In this document: positions 41,501 through 52,631 of the stretch, one piece after another
Layout: every line of letters begins with the position of its first letter
Numbering within the stretch: position 1 is the stretch's first letter
The notes under the pieces: generated by a model
Told to the model about the DNA's origin: nothing
What the model saw: the letters and a program-made list of their open reading frames with translations, nothing else
Database searches by the model: none
From: Antedon mediterranea
Lineage: Eukaryota; Animalia; Echinodermata
Length of the DNA: 64,000 nt
Assembly: GCF_964355755.1 (NCBI RefSeq)
Contig: NC_092677.1
Coordinates: 11,120,101-11,184,100 of the forward strand
Direction: 5' to 3'
Position numbers and translations under genes: made by a program

Positions 41501-44500
41501 GTAACAACTCAATGCAACTGTTTGTAGCTTGTGTATAAAATTAACAGTCAACATCCAATAAAAATCAAAGTAATACAGTGCGTTTTGTAAAAATTCTATT
41601 TAAAATTCTTGATCAAAATCAACATAAGACAGCTACAGACAAAAAATAATTCTTAAATAATACACATGTGATTAATTAGTAGATAACTTGTCAAACGCAT
41701 TTTCAGCAACTACAGGTGATGACTATAATCTTCACGAAAACAATATTCATCACATTTCCCTTTATTTACTTGAGCAGTAAAGCAACTCACATCCTACCAG
41801 AAATTTGTTCTGCAATATTTCATTGAAATCATCTTAGTCTATCATCAATAATTCTGATTGCAATTTAACTATTTTTCATATTGACGCGAAATATATGAGC
41901 CATCTGCCGAGGAAAACATACAATGAAAAACAATAATCCATACTTCCTTTAAAATGATTACGTCTTTTTTTTCCAGAATATTACAATTTTATAAATGGAA
42001 TATTTTCAAAAACAAATGTAATACTGTTGAATCAATCAAGTGTTATTTTTTTTGGGTGCAGATTTGAAACTTGTGAACTTTATACAATATCTAGTGAGAA
42101 AAATTGGCTGCAGTCAAGTTTAAGTGTTACGATTGTGTAATAAATCCTCATGTTTGTTTCTATATATAGTTGATATCAGAACACAACACATTCCAATTAT
42201 AACTGATATAACATTTTTGTTCAACAACTTAGCAATACATAGTTGGCCTTTCATACCATTTCAGACATATTAAAATGTCATAAATGTCTTGGCGTTGTGG
42301 TGTGCTTGAAGAAATCTCTAAGGTAAAATCATTTGCAACAAAGGTACTCATTAAACATCAGTTTTATTATAAGAATCTGTCATTTGTCAATGTAGGAACT
42401 AATTCCAAAATGTTCACAGGACTTGCTCCTAGCTCCATATGAAAATAATTTTTCTAATGCTCCTGCAACTAATTTGAATAAATACCATTGTCAGCAAGGA
42501 TGGCTTTTAAGTTTGAATCATATCTTGTCCTAAGCATTCATATCTTGTTAACTAATAATCAAGAAAGGCATTCCAAAAGAGTAACCATAATGAGTTTTTC
42601 CCCCCAAGAAAACGACCTCTCAGAAGTTAACATTAATCATCAAACAACCAATAAAACAATCTCCTTCAAATTCTTAGAAAGAAAACACAAAAATGCAGAT
42701 TAATTCTCCATAAAATCAGCAGCAACATATCCAACAAGTAAACAAATCTTCTTCCAATTTTTAGAAACAAATTGAATAAATTATTCAAACAAATTCTACT
42801 AAATCAGTAATCTCCAAATTAAAATACTTGTGTGTACTGTTAAATAAGATACTGGCAAATTCTCCATGAAATTAGTTTCAACTTTTTATATTTCCAGCAA
42901 GTAAACAGTTTATATAAATAAATAATATTTCAAACCAATTCTACTAATAATCAGCAATCTCCAAATTCAAGTGGAAGTATGTAAAAGTATCTCGTAGAAG
43001 TTTTCTAACTTGGAGATCTACAGTGTTAGGACTGTACAAACAGAGAAACTGAAACCGCTCTCCTGAGTCTAGTATGGTAAACCATTTGATAGTGTTTACT
43101 TTTATTGATAGTGTTTACATAGTATTATTCACCAAGACCTAAGATATACTATGTCAACAATGAATAATCACTGTATACAATCAATATTGTATTTTGATAA
43201 GATTTTGCTTAGATTTGAAGTTTTTACAATAAAGCTTTTAATATTCGTTTTTTTTGTTCTGCTGATAATTTTGGAGTAGTATTCTGAAATCTTCCTATTA
43301 GTAAGTTGTTTAGGAGTTTTCTGTTCAGAGTTAAAATCGTGTTTTGTTTCTTGTAATTATAACCATTGATTAACAACTTCTTCATTTAAAATGAATTAGT
43401 CTAAAGCTCTATCTACACTTTCAAACTATAGTTTGACAAATAAAAAATTAGATGTGCAAATATGGTAGTGATTCTTAAATATGCTAGTGATATGACATCA
43501 TTATGTCCATATATGGGCACATTTTTTTTGTCATATAAAGTTTGATAGTGTAGACAGAGCTTTAGTTAAAATAGCTACTACTACTGGACAGTATTGATAC
43601 ATTTTTAGCAAAGTTTAATTAAACTACGACTGCTCTTGTAGAGATGTATAAAAATATAGTTCTTAGAATGGAAATATTTATAACTAGAGTCTTTATCCTT
43701 TATTATTTTCTAGAATGCTACATACTGCTAAATATTTCAACTTTGGATTAATATAGGGCAATGGGCACAGAATAAACAAACTAAATCACTGCATAATGTG
43801 AGATTTACGACTTATAATTGGGGTGAATAAACAGCTATTAGAGAGGTATGGTATGGTGTGGTGTACTATAAATTTAGTTATATAAAAGATCAAATATAAA
43901 ATGTGTTACAATTACAGTGTGCAGTGTCCTTTAAAGGTTGATTAAACTAAATTCAGAATCTGCGTCAAAGTACTGTACTGTAGTGTACTAATTTTTTTTA
44001 AATTTTTTTTTATTTATTCAATTTCTGCCATATACATAACAAAGAAGACAAAACAATTATAAAAGGAGGCACAGAAAGACCAAACAGGTGCTAAACACCT
44101 ATGCTAGTTGGTCAACCCAGAACAGAGAAAAATAAATAAATTACGTTCTACAATAAAAGCATAGACAAGAAAGCGACCAACTACACACATTTTCAATATC
44201 AAAATTATTTAAAAAATAAATATTGAGATAATTAAGTAATTTGGTTTTAAAAGAACTAACAGAAATATTTAAGTTGCGGATTTCACTGGGTAAGTTATTT
44301 CAAATTCTGGTAACACGTGGGATGTATGATTGAAAAGAAGATTCAGTTCTGCAGCGACGAATATCAAAAAGAGTACCAACAGAAGAAGAGCTACGAGTAA
44401 CACGTTGTGGATTACGAATATTAAATAAATTTTCGGTATTAATTATATTGAAAATCTAATCAGTTTGATGCCAGGATGTACAACGCCCTCTCCGGACCAA

Positions 44501-47500
44501 CTGAGACAGATTATTAATATTGTTACTGGCTTTTATTTATACAGTGTCACAAGGTGTGGACTCATGCATTTCTGTTTTTTTTTCGTTGTTTTATACCATA
44601 TTAAGTCCATTCTATGTGTATGGCTTGTTATCTTTTCTTGTTGTCTTGTATACATATTTTTGACAATTATTTTGAGCAACAAAATTGAATAAATGAATCG
44701 GGGAATGAATAAATGACACAAACCATTCAAAGATGTACCTTAGCAATGCTATTGCTAGCATGTGACACTAAATAAAAAAACAAAACATCATACTACAAAG
44801 AACGACTTCACTAACATCTACAGTCGGTGCTCAAACTGATTGAAAATATAGTCTGTTACATCTTTTTTTTTCATTTCAAGTCACGGTTATGTTAACATTT
44901 CAAGTGTATTTAATTTTACTCTGTGTATATACACAATGTACGGAACGTGTGACATTTATTATGTGTTGTGTGTATTATAGGAACTATCCAAATCTTTAGT
45001 TTATCAAAACACTATTACAATGCATGTTCCGAGTAAACATACTATTGTGTAGATTCAACTGTCAATTGATTGACATACACATTTGAATGTTAAGTTTGAA
45101 AGATAACACTTCTAAATGTGAATTTCGCTGTGCTTAAGCGCCTTGTCAACAGCTCCTTAAAAAAACTAAACAAATGAATTATAGAGGGCAGTATTCAAAA
45201 ACAGTCTAATGATCAATTCAATTATAATGATAGTAGTAGTAGCCAAATTTTATGACATCAATAATTTTCTTGAACCAATACTTCAATGATTATTTATTAT
45301 GCAAAAATCTATTGTCAGATTTGTTTTTTACAATTTATTTAAAAACACTAATATTAATTATTATAAACAAATAAAAAAATGTACTATTGTTCATTATCAT
45401 TACCTTCACGAAACCATCCATTGGTACTTTAAAATGGTTCATTTGGACACCTAACCAGTCTCTTTGTTTTATTTTTAGTCTGTTCTACTGTTGTGTTGAA
45501 CACTTTTGCTAGATCAATTGTGTTAGGCTCAATATCCATAGAATCTGTAAAATATTTATTTAGCCAAAGACATTCTTTTTTTAAAATGGCGTCCATATGT
45601 AAATTGATGTATGACATTCTTCTGACTATTAGCATTTCCTTTATCTGAGCCATGTTTAAGTGAATAAAAGCTTGCTCCCATCCTTCTATCTAGATCCCTG
45701 CTGTAGGCTTTCAACTGGTATGGAATACTTTGTGGCTTTTTGCTGCCATTCCTTGAAAAAGGCCGTTCATCAGGATCACTTTCACCATAAGTGGAACTAT
45801 GCCTGTCGACGTCATAACCAACTTCAACCTCTTTACCCTCATTTCCAATATCACTTTTGACATCACTATCAGTGGAACGAATATTCTGTGGTGGAATATC
45901 TTCAAAAGCAGTACTGGAATCACGACTGTCCAATGGTTCTTCATCAGTCTTCTCCTTTGTATTTGTTCTTTGCATATTATTAAGAAGAATGTCTTCAGTG
46001 TCCTGCTCACCAAGTCTTAGTGAATCAACCTTAGATACAATAGATGGTAAAGTGTTTGATTGGTGTACATCCGCCTTCAGTAAATGTGGTAGTCTACGTT
46101 TATGAGAGGAAAGAGGTAGTGATGCATCATTGTCAGAGTTTCTATCACTGGTGTAAGAAGTCAGAGCTGGTTTAACATCAATATATTGTCCTTTGTCCGA
46201 TAAAGAATTAATACTGGTGGTATACAACACATTTTCTGGGTTAATATCTGAAGTTGAAAGATCATGTGGTGGATTTTCAATTGTTGTATCCCTGTCCAGA
46301 CCCTTATTTCGTTCTTCAACTGACATCATCAAAGCATGGCTTTTAAATTGTAAATTTGGTTTCTTTCTGGCTCCAGAGAATGGCACCAGCGAGTTAAAAT
46401 TATCTGAAAGACTTCTTTTGTCAAGAAGTTTGATCTTCCTCTTGCTTTCTTCTTTCTGTTTCTGATTCCTTCTGTCAGATTCTTTCTTCAAACGGCACAG
46501 CCAGATAAAACTAGTGCTGACAGCATAATACGAGCCAACCTTATTATCACCAGATATATCCTTGGAATTCTCTGATGTGGATTGATGATCTGCTGATGTG
46601 AACTCCTCCAAATCAGAAACTACTTTCCAATCTCTTCCAAAACAAGTTGGATTCATTTTCAACATTCTTGTACGGTCACCCTGCTTTTTTTCATTGGTCA
46701 TTTCCAAATCCTTTTGAAGATCATCTAACCAATCAGTGCATTTTAAGTAGAATTCTTTCACTGACCTTTGATGGTTTTTAAACTGTGATTTTTTAGCCTC
46801 TGCATTTTTTAAATGTGGTGATTCCACACGCTCAGTTTCCTGTTTTAAACTCTTGATCTTTCTATTACATTCGTGCAATTTTCGACTTTCTTGCTGCTTT
46901 AGAGCTTTGAGTTTCATTTCAAGTAGTTTAGATTCCTTATCGTTCAAATGACGCAGATTCGAAGTATCGTGAAACATGTTGTTGAAATTTTCGTTCTACA
47001 AAAAACTTCTAAAGTTCTAACTCCAGTTTCCTGCTGGATAGATCATAAATACTCAGAGACTATTATAAAATTGGTTAAAACAATAGTCAAAACCAATAAA
47101 TAGTTACCGAAGTTTATGATCGAAGATCGTCATTGGTCAATACAAAGTACCTGCAATCTAACATGGATTAATTCGGAAAAATGTTCAAAAATAACTTCAA
47201 CTAGATGAAAGTATCTTTCCAGGATGCAGACATTTTATATGAAGATGTTGAAATTGACATTTAGCTAAAAAACAGCAACCACCTTACAAATTCACATTAT
47301 GCCCCCTAACTGGCAAGGCTGGAATGCATATGATATCTTGTACGGTGGCCAAACGATGACCATTAAACTGATAACGCATTTTTAAGTAAATTTGAACATG
47401 CCTACAGTAGTACTACAAACTTGATAATGAGATAACTCAACTACACAGCACACTGAACAAACAACATACAAAGTTTCATAGAAAACAACATAGCTATTAA

Positions 47501-50500
47501 AAACCACTTTTAGAACTCTAAATGAATATTTAATGGCCATGTAAGCTTTCTCATGTAATACCTCATTCATCATATTTCTGTCATAGGCTTTAACAAATTG
47601 TAGGCTACTAGTTTCAAACATAAGCAACTGAAGTATATTGAACACACAGCCTTATCGTTGCTGAAGCCCACTATGTTTTAGAAATTATTTATTTCCAGAT
47701 AACCGTACTTGAACTATTGCCCTTAGTACATCATAGAGGTCATCAGTTATGGTATCTTTTCAATCAAAGTAGGACAAATTATTTTCAATTCTTATCAAAA
47801 GCCAAAATATTTATTTAGTAAATGGTTTGATTTTATTCATTGTAGGAGAGCATCCTTAATAAGAGAGCAGGAGAAACGTGCTCCCTCATTTTGACAGCTA
47901 AAATTAATTTATGAACTACTTTTTGATAATAATTTTGACATATAATATAATTATTGGATACGCCTCTGGACAGTCATTGTAAATACAACTATAAATTGAT
48001 CCCCAGATTTTTGTGATTTTGAACTGACTTCAATTTTAATTTTGAGTTTAATAATAGTACCCTTTTCACATTTGTATAAAAATGTTTACAAGTTGTAACC
48101 AGATTTGATCTCCCGATTTATTACACGTTTTCATACATGTATACGCAAACCATGAGAAATCTTGGGAGAAAACACAGTAATTGCTCACTAATTGATTCCT
48201 ATGATTGGTCACTTTAATACCAGGGCAATACATGCATGTGCAGTAACATCTTGGAACAAAAAAACAGGCCTGCTGTGTGTTTTTCTCCAGAGATTTTCCA
48301 CAAAAGTATCTTCACACTATGCAAACCTGTTTACAGCTTGTTAGAGGTTGTGAAAGGGTATAAGATGAAGTGTTTTTATAGTTAATTTATAAATATTTGT
48401 AGGTACCACAACATATGTATCTAGAATGATGTTCGGAATTTCTGAACAATATTTATATATATATAAAATATTTCGTTTAATATCACACTTGTTAAAATCA
48501 AATTTAGGACAGTGTTTTGGGAATTTATTTTCTTACCTTATTGCTCTGTTATGACCCCTTAAAGAACTGCTTAGTCTCCAATCTCCTTCTTGTATCGTAT
48601 ATATATCACCAGTTTCATTTGCCTGAGGAAATTATAAATCATTGTCAAAGTAGTCCTACAGTTCTATTTAAAGCTCAGGTACAGGCATGGATTTTAATAT
48701 AATATCTGGTTAAAGTACATAAATCAAATATGTGTAACAAAAATTATGACAAAAAACATGAATTTCCTTTCAAATTTGGCAAAATTCTGCTATAAAAGCC
48801 AGGCAGATGTTTCAGAGGTAGTTTAACCAATGTAATACCGTAAACGGTGACTTCTTAGAAAGTGAAAAAAGTTGGTGGGTATACAAAAAAGAATAAGGAT
48901 TTTACTGTGTATTTTGAACTATTCCCCAACTGATAAGTTGTGTGGCACAATCAAGAATCACAAAAGTTATGAAACATAAGCGAAATTATATATCGATAAA
49001 TATTAGAAATGTATGATAAATAGAAATGTTTTGCCTGCATCTGTCAAACACAAATTATAGTGCTCAAAACTAATATTTATACTGTTGCTGTTGCAACACA
49101 ACAGCCTCGATGTTTTATGCATAAATAAAAATCAAGAGAAATTATGAATTGGAATTAGTAAATTACAAGTATAATATTATATTACGACTGCCACCATTTG
49201 AATAAAATTGATTAAGTCTAGTCTCCAACTTTACTCTCACTTACAGCAATTGCAAATTGGTTTGGTAAGTGATTATTCCATTGTACAACGCTCACATCCC
49301 ATTTGAAGTTACTCTCGCGTTTTAAATTAACCACAGACTTCTGGTCCAAGTCAATAATACGCATGAACCTCCGACTGAAGGAGAAAAAAACAATTTCAAT
49401 TGTAAGTATGTCTGTGTATGTATTGATAAATATTAAAGATATATTGCACTCCAAAGCATGAACAATTTTAAATAGGTTCATTATTTTGTAGTTTTTAATT
49501 CACCTTTAACAGAAAAAAAAAATTCACTTTATAAAACAGACGAAATTAAACAGTTGTAAAATCCTTTTTCCTTTGTTAAATTACAGTTTATGGAAAGTAT
49601 TAAAACAAATTTTAGGTCAAATTTATTTATTAATTATTAATTTACAATTGACAACCAAGAGCATAAATCTTACCAAAAAATAAAATGATACTTACCCTGC
49701 TAAAACGGCAAGCTTGCCAGTGCAATCAAGACCCATGGCAGAGGCCTTCAAGTGAAATAAAAAGTCAGTGTGTAGGACATAATAAAATGTAATTATAAAT
49801 TATAAGTAGGCCTAGGCCTAGTAGGCGGTTAAATTAGCCACAAACGCAAAAAAAAGAAGAAAATCAAACTTGCATTAATTATATGCAACAGTGAGAAAAT
49901 GTACTTACTAGCCTGCCTGGGTAGCCCTAGGGCTAGGCTAGGCCAACCTTAGTAGGGCCTGTTTTGTTTGGTCACCTAGGTAGGGGTCCAGGACCGCGAC
50001 AGAACGAGAACGGATGCGGACCCTCCAAAGAAATTGCATTTTATTTGTCAGGCATTTGTATGATTTGTTTTTATTTTTTTGAATGCGCCTTGAGCACTCT
50101 TGAGTGGTATGTGCGCTATAAAAATCCTGTTATTATTATTATTATTATTATTCTCTATTCGTAAATGGCCTAGGCCTAGCCTATCTATATACTAGCCTCT
50201 ATTGCATGCTCTTTCACAGACAGTGTTACACCACCCAGCCAGAAGGCTAGCTAGGCCTAGCCTCTCTACTTTAAGGCTAGGGCCTATAGCCTATACTATT
50301 ATAGCCTGGGCCTAGGCTCTAGCCTACTACTAGTACTAGTACTAGGCCTAGGTAGGGCCTACTAGGCCTAGCTAGGCCTACTTTTTAGCTAGGCTAGCTA
50401 GGGCCTAGGCCTAGGCCTAAATAGGACCTACTAGCCTAGGTGGGAATCCGCCTAGGTAGCCTAGGCGGATGGCCCTACTAGTAGGCTAGCTTATTAATAT

Positions 50501-50598
50501 TCTTCTAGTTTTGTACGACTAAACTCATTATACTTGGATTACAATCTTATGATCCAACATACCTGTAGATCGATGTGACATTTATCTATTTCTGTCAT
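27780..50598 (-). CDS. WDR59: GATOR2 complex subunit WDR59 (WD40 repeats, RWD domain, C-terminal RING), 24 coding exons
   Basis: In-frame exons 50563-50598, 49696-49745, 49245-49374, 48537-48622, 38816-38896, 38527-38567, 38064-38152, 37837-37956 (KIHGLDW..LATSSQD), 37473-37550, 36951-37107, 36461-36540 (QLVTWSRDQ), 35722-35970, 35170-35328 (RWD, FPSMYPNNTPP), 34705-34806, 34134-34275 (IPFPRTCGARFCG), 33793-33862, 32892-32985, 32062-32195, 31180-31261, 30417-30529 (PWGAHPFGR), 30146-30302 (DVQTLAM), 29577-29746, 29026-29168, 28508-28624, 27780-27904 (GSSNFCLTCGHGGHTSHMLEWF..CPTGCGC). The start exon is the least certain. Confidence 0.95.
28685..29041. repeat. 20-bp minisatellite (ATGCTKATCTAGCCCTGGGG) abutting a WDR59 splice donor
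   Basis: About 15 units in 20-bp register. Confidence 0.93.
29990..30123. mobile_element. MITE family A copy
   Basis: TIRs and core; ~23 bp from a WDR59 donor. Confidence 0.88.
30610..30865 (+). mobile_element. SINE, same family as 25458-25780 (5'-truncated)
   Basis: Colinear similarity including core and tail. Confidence 0.8.
30900..31108 (-). mobile_element. Related SINE in inverted orientation
   Basis: Reverse complement of the core TAAGGACTATAAACCGTAGGTCCAGTGTACACA at ~31072-31104. Confidence 0.7.
31369..31465 (+). mobile_element. tRNA-derived SINE head
   Basis: A-box TGGCTTGGTGG and B-box GGTTCAAATCC; no intact cloverleaf. Confidence 0.6.
31766..31990 (+). mobile_element. Rex/Babar-like LINE 3' fragment
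   Basis: GRRFRCPACRTNRKRN..AIRLLN remnant (frameshifted) followed by (GAATT)n tail. Confidence 0.6.
32355..32389 (+). ncRNA. Minimal type I hammerhead ribozyme (Penelope-type), probably degenerate in stem I
   Basis: CUGAUGA-U-GGGC-uau-GCCC-GAAA-CAUG-UC with palindromic stem III, followed by AATAAA. Confidence 0.7.
33238..33679. mobile_element. Kolobok-like non-autonomous DNA transposon
   Basis: TIR AGATGTATTGTCCCTT, TTAA on both flanks, 5'-AG terminus. Lone left ends of the same family at ~18039 and ~50787. Confidence 0.8.
36150..36305 (-). mobile_element. LINE 3' fragment
   Basis: WNPIPHCIRNSSTLKQLKSVLKTHL, typical L2/CR1 ORF2 end. Confidence 0.6.
39362..39482. mobile_element. Harbinger/PIF-type MITE family A (representative; about 19 copies in the window)
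   Basis: TIR AGCTCTGTCTACACTATCAAAC and TTA target duplication here. Other full or partial copies near 1336, 3914, 13909, 15629, 23061, 24452, 29200, 29810, 29990, 32700, 33955, 37313, 37646, 38365, 43404, 54544/54860, 59199, 59589. Confidence 0.9.
39641..39820. mobile_element. Harbinger-type MITE family B
   Basis: TIR AGCGTGGTTCCCACTAG / CTAGTGGGAACCAAGCT with CGCAA subterminal repeats; relative at 60690-60898. Confidence 0.85.
39956..40954 (-). CDS. Intronless 332-aa ORF nested in WDR59 intron; N-terminal coiled coil (tentatively CCDC190-like), then Ser/Arg-rich disordered region
   Basis: 1 kb open frame in very AT-rich intron, heptad-like N-terminus, minus-strand AATAAA candidates at ~39280-39525. 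Family assignment is from recalled motif resemblance only. Confidence 0.75.
   Translation of the reverse strand: MMSKKGAFKSQRLQKASRINFIEGNRLDAQMKLFGRAERHMIHVANNELRLLGEEISRIKLSSGNISSELQNCENTKMPCFLYGERVSSRKYARNITMLDKQSDFGQHKVNATSEQSKSIDIKDNFDNLFSNDVDDHDSSSSSVDGTTSSDNSVFSQTSFLPSSRFRSLSDPGLTKPRSFRSTVLNLPQQGDRFRKPKKSYTERLHLTNGAKNKSLVNKGTELFAHRAKTPWEMSLSKFDSRFSSKHIVQRPKTAIDFANTPKQSVDSFVSTNNTRFIRSRSCEESAGKVTTPSLKWTRPSVYAQTIASRRRTMNSLIVRGNNKKTFVTSVK
43404..43561. mobile_element. MITE family A copy
   Basis: TIRs and core. Confidence 0.88.
44000..44455 (-). mobile_element. CR1/L2-clade LINE 3' fragment
   Basis: Minus-strand translation RRCRTESSFQSYIPRVTRI*NNLPSEIR..SSFKTKL (typical WNxLP..FK ORF2 end, Trp mutated to stop), then a 3' UTR and A-rich tail. 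Confidence 0.75.
45556..46977 (-). CDS. Intronless 473-aa ORF nested in WDR59 intron; N-terminal coiled coil, acidic/Ser-rich disordered body
   Basis: 1.4 kb open frame; N-terminus aligns in register with the 332-aa ORF; minus-strand AATAAA candidates at ~45290-45340. Confidence 0.8.
   Translation of the reverse strand: MFHDTSNLRHLNDKESKLLEMKLKALKQQESRKLHECNRKIKSLKQETERVESPHLKNAEAKKSQFKNHQRSVKEFYLKCTDWLDDLQKDLEMTNEKKQGDRTRMLKMNPTCFGRDWKVVSDLEEFTSADHQSTSENSKDISGDNKVGSYYAVSTSFIWLCRLKKESDRRNQKQKEESKRKIKLLDKRSLSDNFNSLVPFSGARKKPNLQFKSHALMMSVEERNKGLDRDTTIENPPHDLSTSDINPENVLYTTSINSLSDKGQYIDVKPALTSYTSDRNSDNDASLPLSSHKRRLPHLLKADVHQSNTLPSIVSKVDSLRLGEQDTEDILLNNMQRTNTKEKTDEEPLDSRDSSTAFEDIPPQNIRSTDSDVKSDIGNEGKEVEVGYDVDRHSSTYGESDPDERPFSRNGSKKPQSIPYQLKAYSRDLDRRMGASFYSLKHGSDKGNANSQKNVIHQFTYGRHFKKRMSLAK
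48058..48360. mobile_element. Non-autonomous DNA transposon (TIR TACCCTTTTCACA)
   Basis: Homologous to 8561-8878 throughout. Confidence 0.8.
49807..50490. repeat. TAGGCCTA/CCTAGG/TAGCTA palindrome-rich field in WDR59 first coding intron
   Basis: Dozens of overlapping AGGCCT/CCTAGG/CTAG hexamers, densest at 50165-50490. Confidence 0.85.
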
Positions 50599-52359
50599 GT
50601 TTCCACACACAAAAAAGTAGATTTTATACTTTACGAATCATTTGTTTTCTTTTCGTCGACGATCGTCTGTTTTTTTTTATCCGGCGGCGTGTCATGTCAT
50701 GCTTTGGCGCCCCCATGCGGCCCATATAAAACAAGAAATATTTCTTACAAAAAACGCTGCTCGCTTAATGACGTAACAGTTTTAAAGATATATTGTCCCT
50801 CTGAAAAATATTTTTTATTTCAAATTTGTTTTTGAATGTGTCATTTTATTGTCACATAATAGTTATTTTACCTGAAAAATGTATTAAAAGCAAAAAATAC
50901 TTCAATTGTCTGTCAGACAATGTGGTTTTTGAGTTATAATAATTAAACGTTTCTTTTCTCTTTTTATAATGTGAATTTTGTTACAAAAGTGAATAACTTT
51001 GATAGGAAACAGACTCAATTTAGTTTATTTTATTGCTAAGGTCAAGTCTGGAGGTCACTTCATCACACCTTAGATACTTCAAGTGTGAAGTATCATATTA
51101 CAAACAAAAACTTTCATGGACTGTTTTGATAATAATTCAATGATTATCTGACAGTGAAATACAGTATTGTCATGGGACTCATAAATACCAGAAATGCAGC
51201 TGGTACCTATAAATTATAGTCGAGTTTCCATTTTAGCAAAAATGTCAAAGTGTAGTACTATAACTGCTGCTTGATTTCGTCTAATAAATGAGTCATCTCG
51301 TGTGACGTAGCGGGCTAGAGCAGCAGCGTGAAAAAACAAAAGTTGCATAACATACCGCATACCAATTTTCTCAATATACGTACACCTGCACAAACTCATT
51401 GGCATACCAAAATGTTTAAAATAGAGCTGCAAGGTCCCCGGAAATGACATCTATTTTTTTTTTCAAACAACATGATATAAAAATGTTCAGTACCCCACCA
51501 TGGTTGGGGCTGAGCAAAGACAATTTTGAAAAATAGAGCTGGATAGGTTTCCGCCCGAAAAAAAAATTGCACTGCATGATTTGAAATTATATGAAACAAA
51601 CTATACAAGACTCACACCAGGATAATAGAGCTTGTCTCCGGAAAGTGCACCTATTCATTGAAATATGAAATTAAATATTATGAAGTCTCCAAAACTAGCC
51701 CACCGCGGTTGGGACAAAGCTAATAATGAAAATAGAGCCCAGAATTGCACATATACTTAATACTATACATAATCACCTATGATAATAATAGTATGATAAT
51801 GTTAAAATTTCAACTATCCAGACGCGAGTTCAAAATTTTAGGTGGGGATTTTCTACTTAAAACTTGACTTCGTATATGCCTAAGGCTATAAGCCGGCGGC
51901 GGAATTAGTCTAGAAATCGGCATCTTTGCAAATGTTGTATATTTTATCGTATTTCATTCTCCATTAAAAGCCCATACAAAAACCATCGGAGACAAACTAT
52001 CTGTTTAAAACATTTTTATTCTGGGACGGTGCGGCCATACACATCAACTACCATAAACGTGTATTCATAACATTACAATACAATATCTTGCATGAATCGG
52101 ACATTTCGCTACCAATGTAGCAACATTGATTAACAAAACAGTATGGCGTGTTGACCGCGAATGACTAACAATGCCGTCTTCCCCACTTCTACACATCTGC
52201 ACAACTATTGCATAACAACGCACGGCATACCAAACTGTTTCGTACACCTGCGATTAAAATAATAAATTTAATTTCTTTTAAATTGAGGGCGGCAAGCATA
52301 ATTTACGAGATCGAATACAGGTTGAAAAAAAAAATTAAATTAAAAAAAAGATGTTAAAT

Positions 52360-52600
52360 GTGCTCTCCCTGCCTCAGCACTAAGGCCTGCCACAGCCTTT
52401 TGGGGTCGTTTCCAGCACATCACCAGATGCATTGATGTTGTCGCCTCATGATGTGTGGTGGAAAGGGGGACGTATGATCTGTGAACCCCAAACACAGTGG
52501 CTCGCATAGCCTTAACTCTATTCCACCGACCAGCGTGGGAATCGAACCCACGACATTCGTGTTGTCAACACGACGCTCAGGGGACTGAGCTAACTGATCA
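52360..52600 (-). mobile_element. tRNA(Val)-like SINE-type repeat
   Basis: Minus strand reads TAGCTCAG..TTGACAA..GGTTCGATTCCC; homolog with the same body at 57565-57760. Confidence 0.65.
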
Positions 52601-52631
52601 TTTTGGTTTTAACAAGGTTAATTGGATATTT

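Noticed and set aside
50787-52300. Autonomous DNA transposon upstream of WDR59
   Set aside because: A Kolobok-like left end is present, but no matching right TIR or transposase ORF was found.
52530-52600. Functional tRNA-Val(GAC) gene
   Set aside because: D-arm is disrupted, and a decayed homolog with the same downstream body exists at 57565-57760, indicating a SINE.
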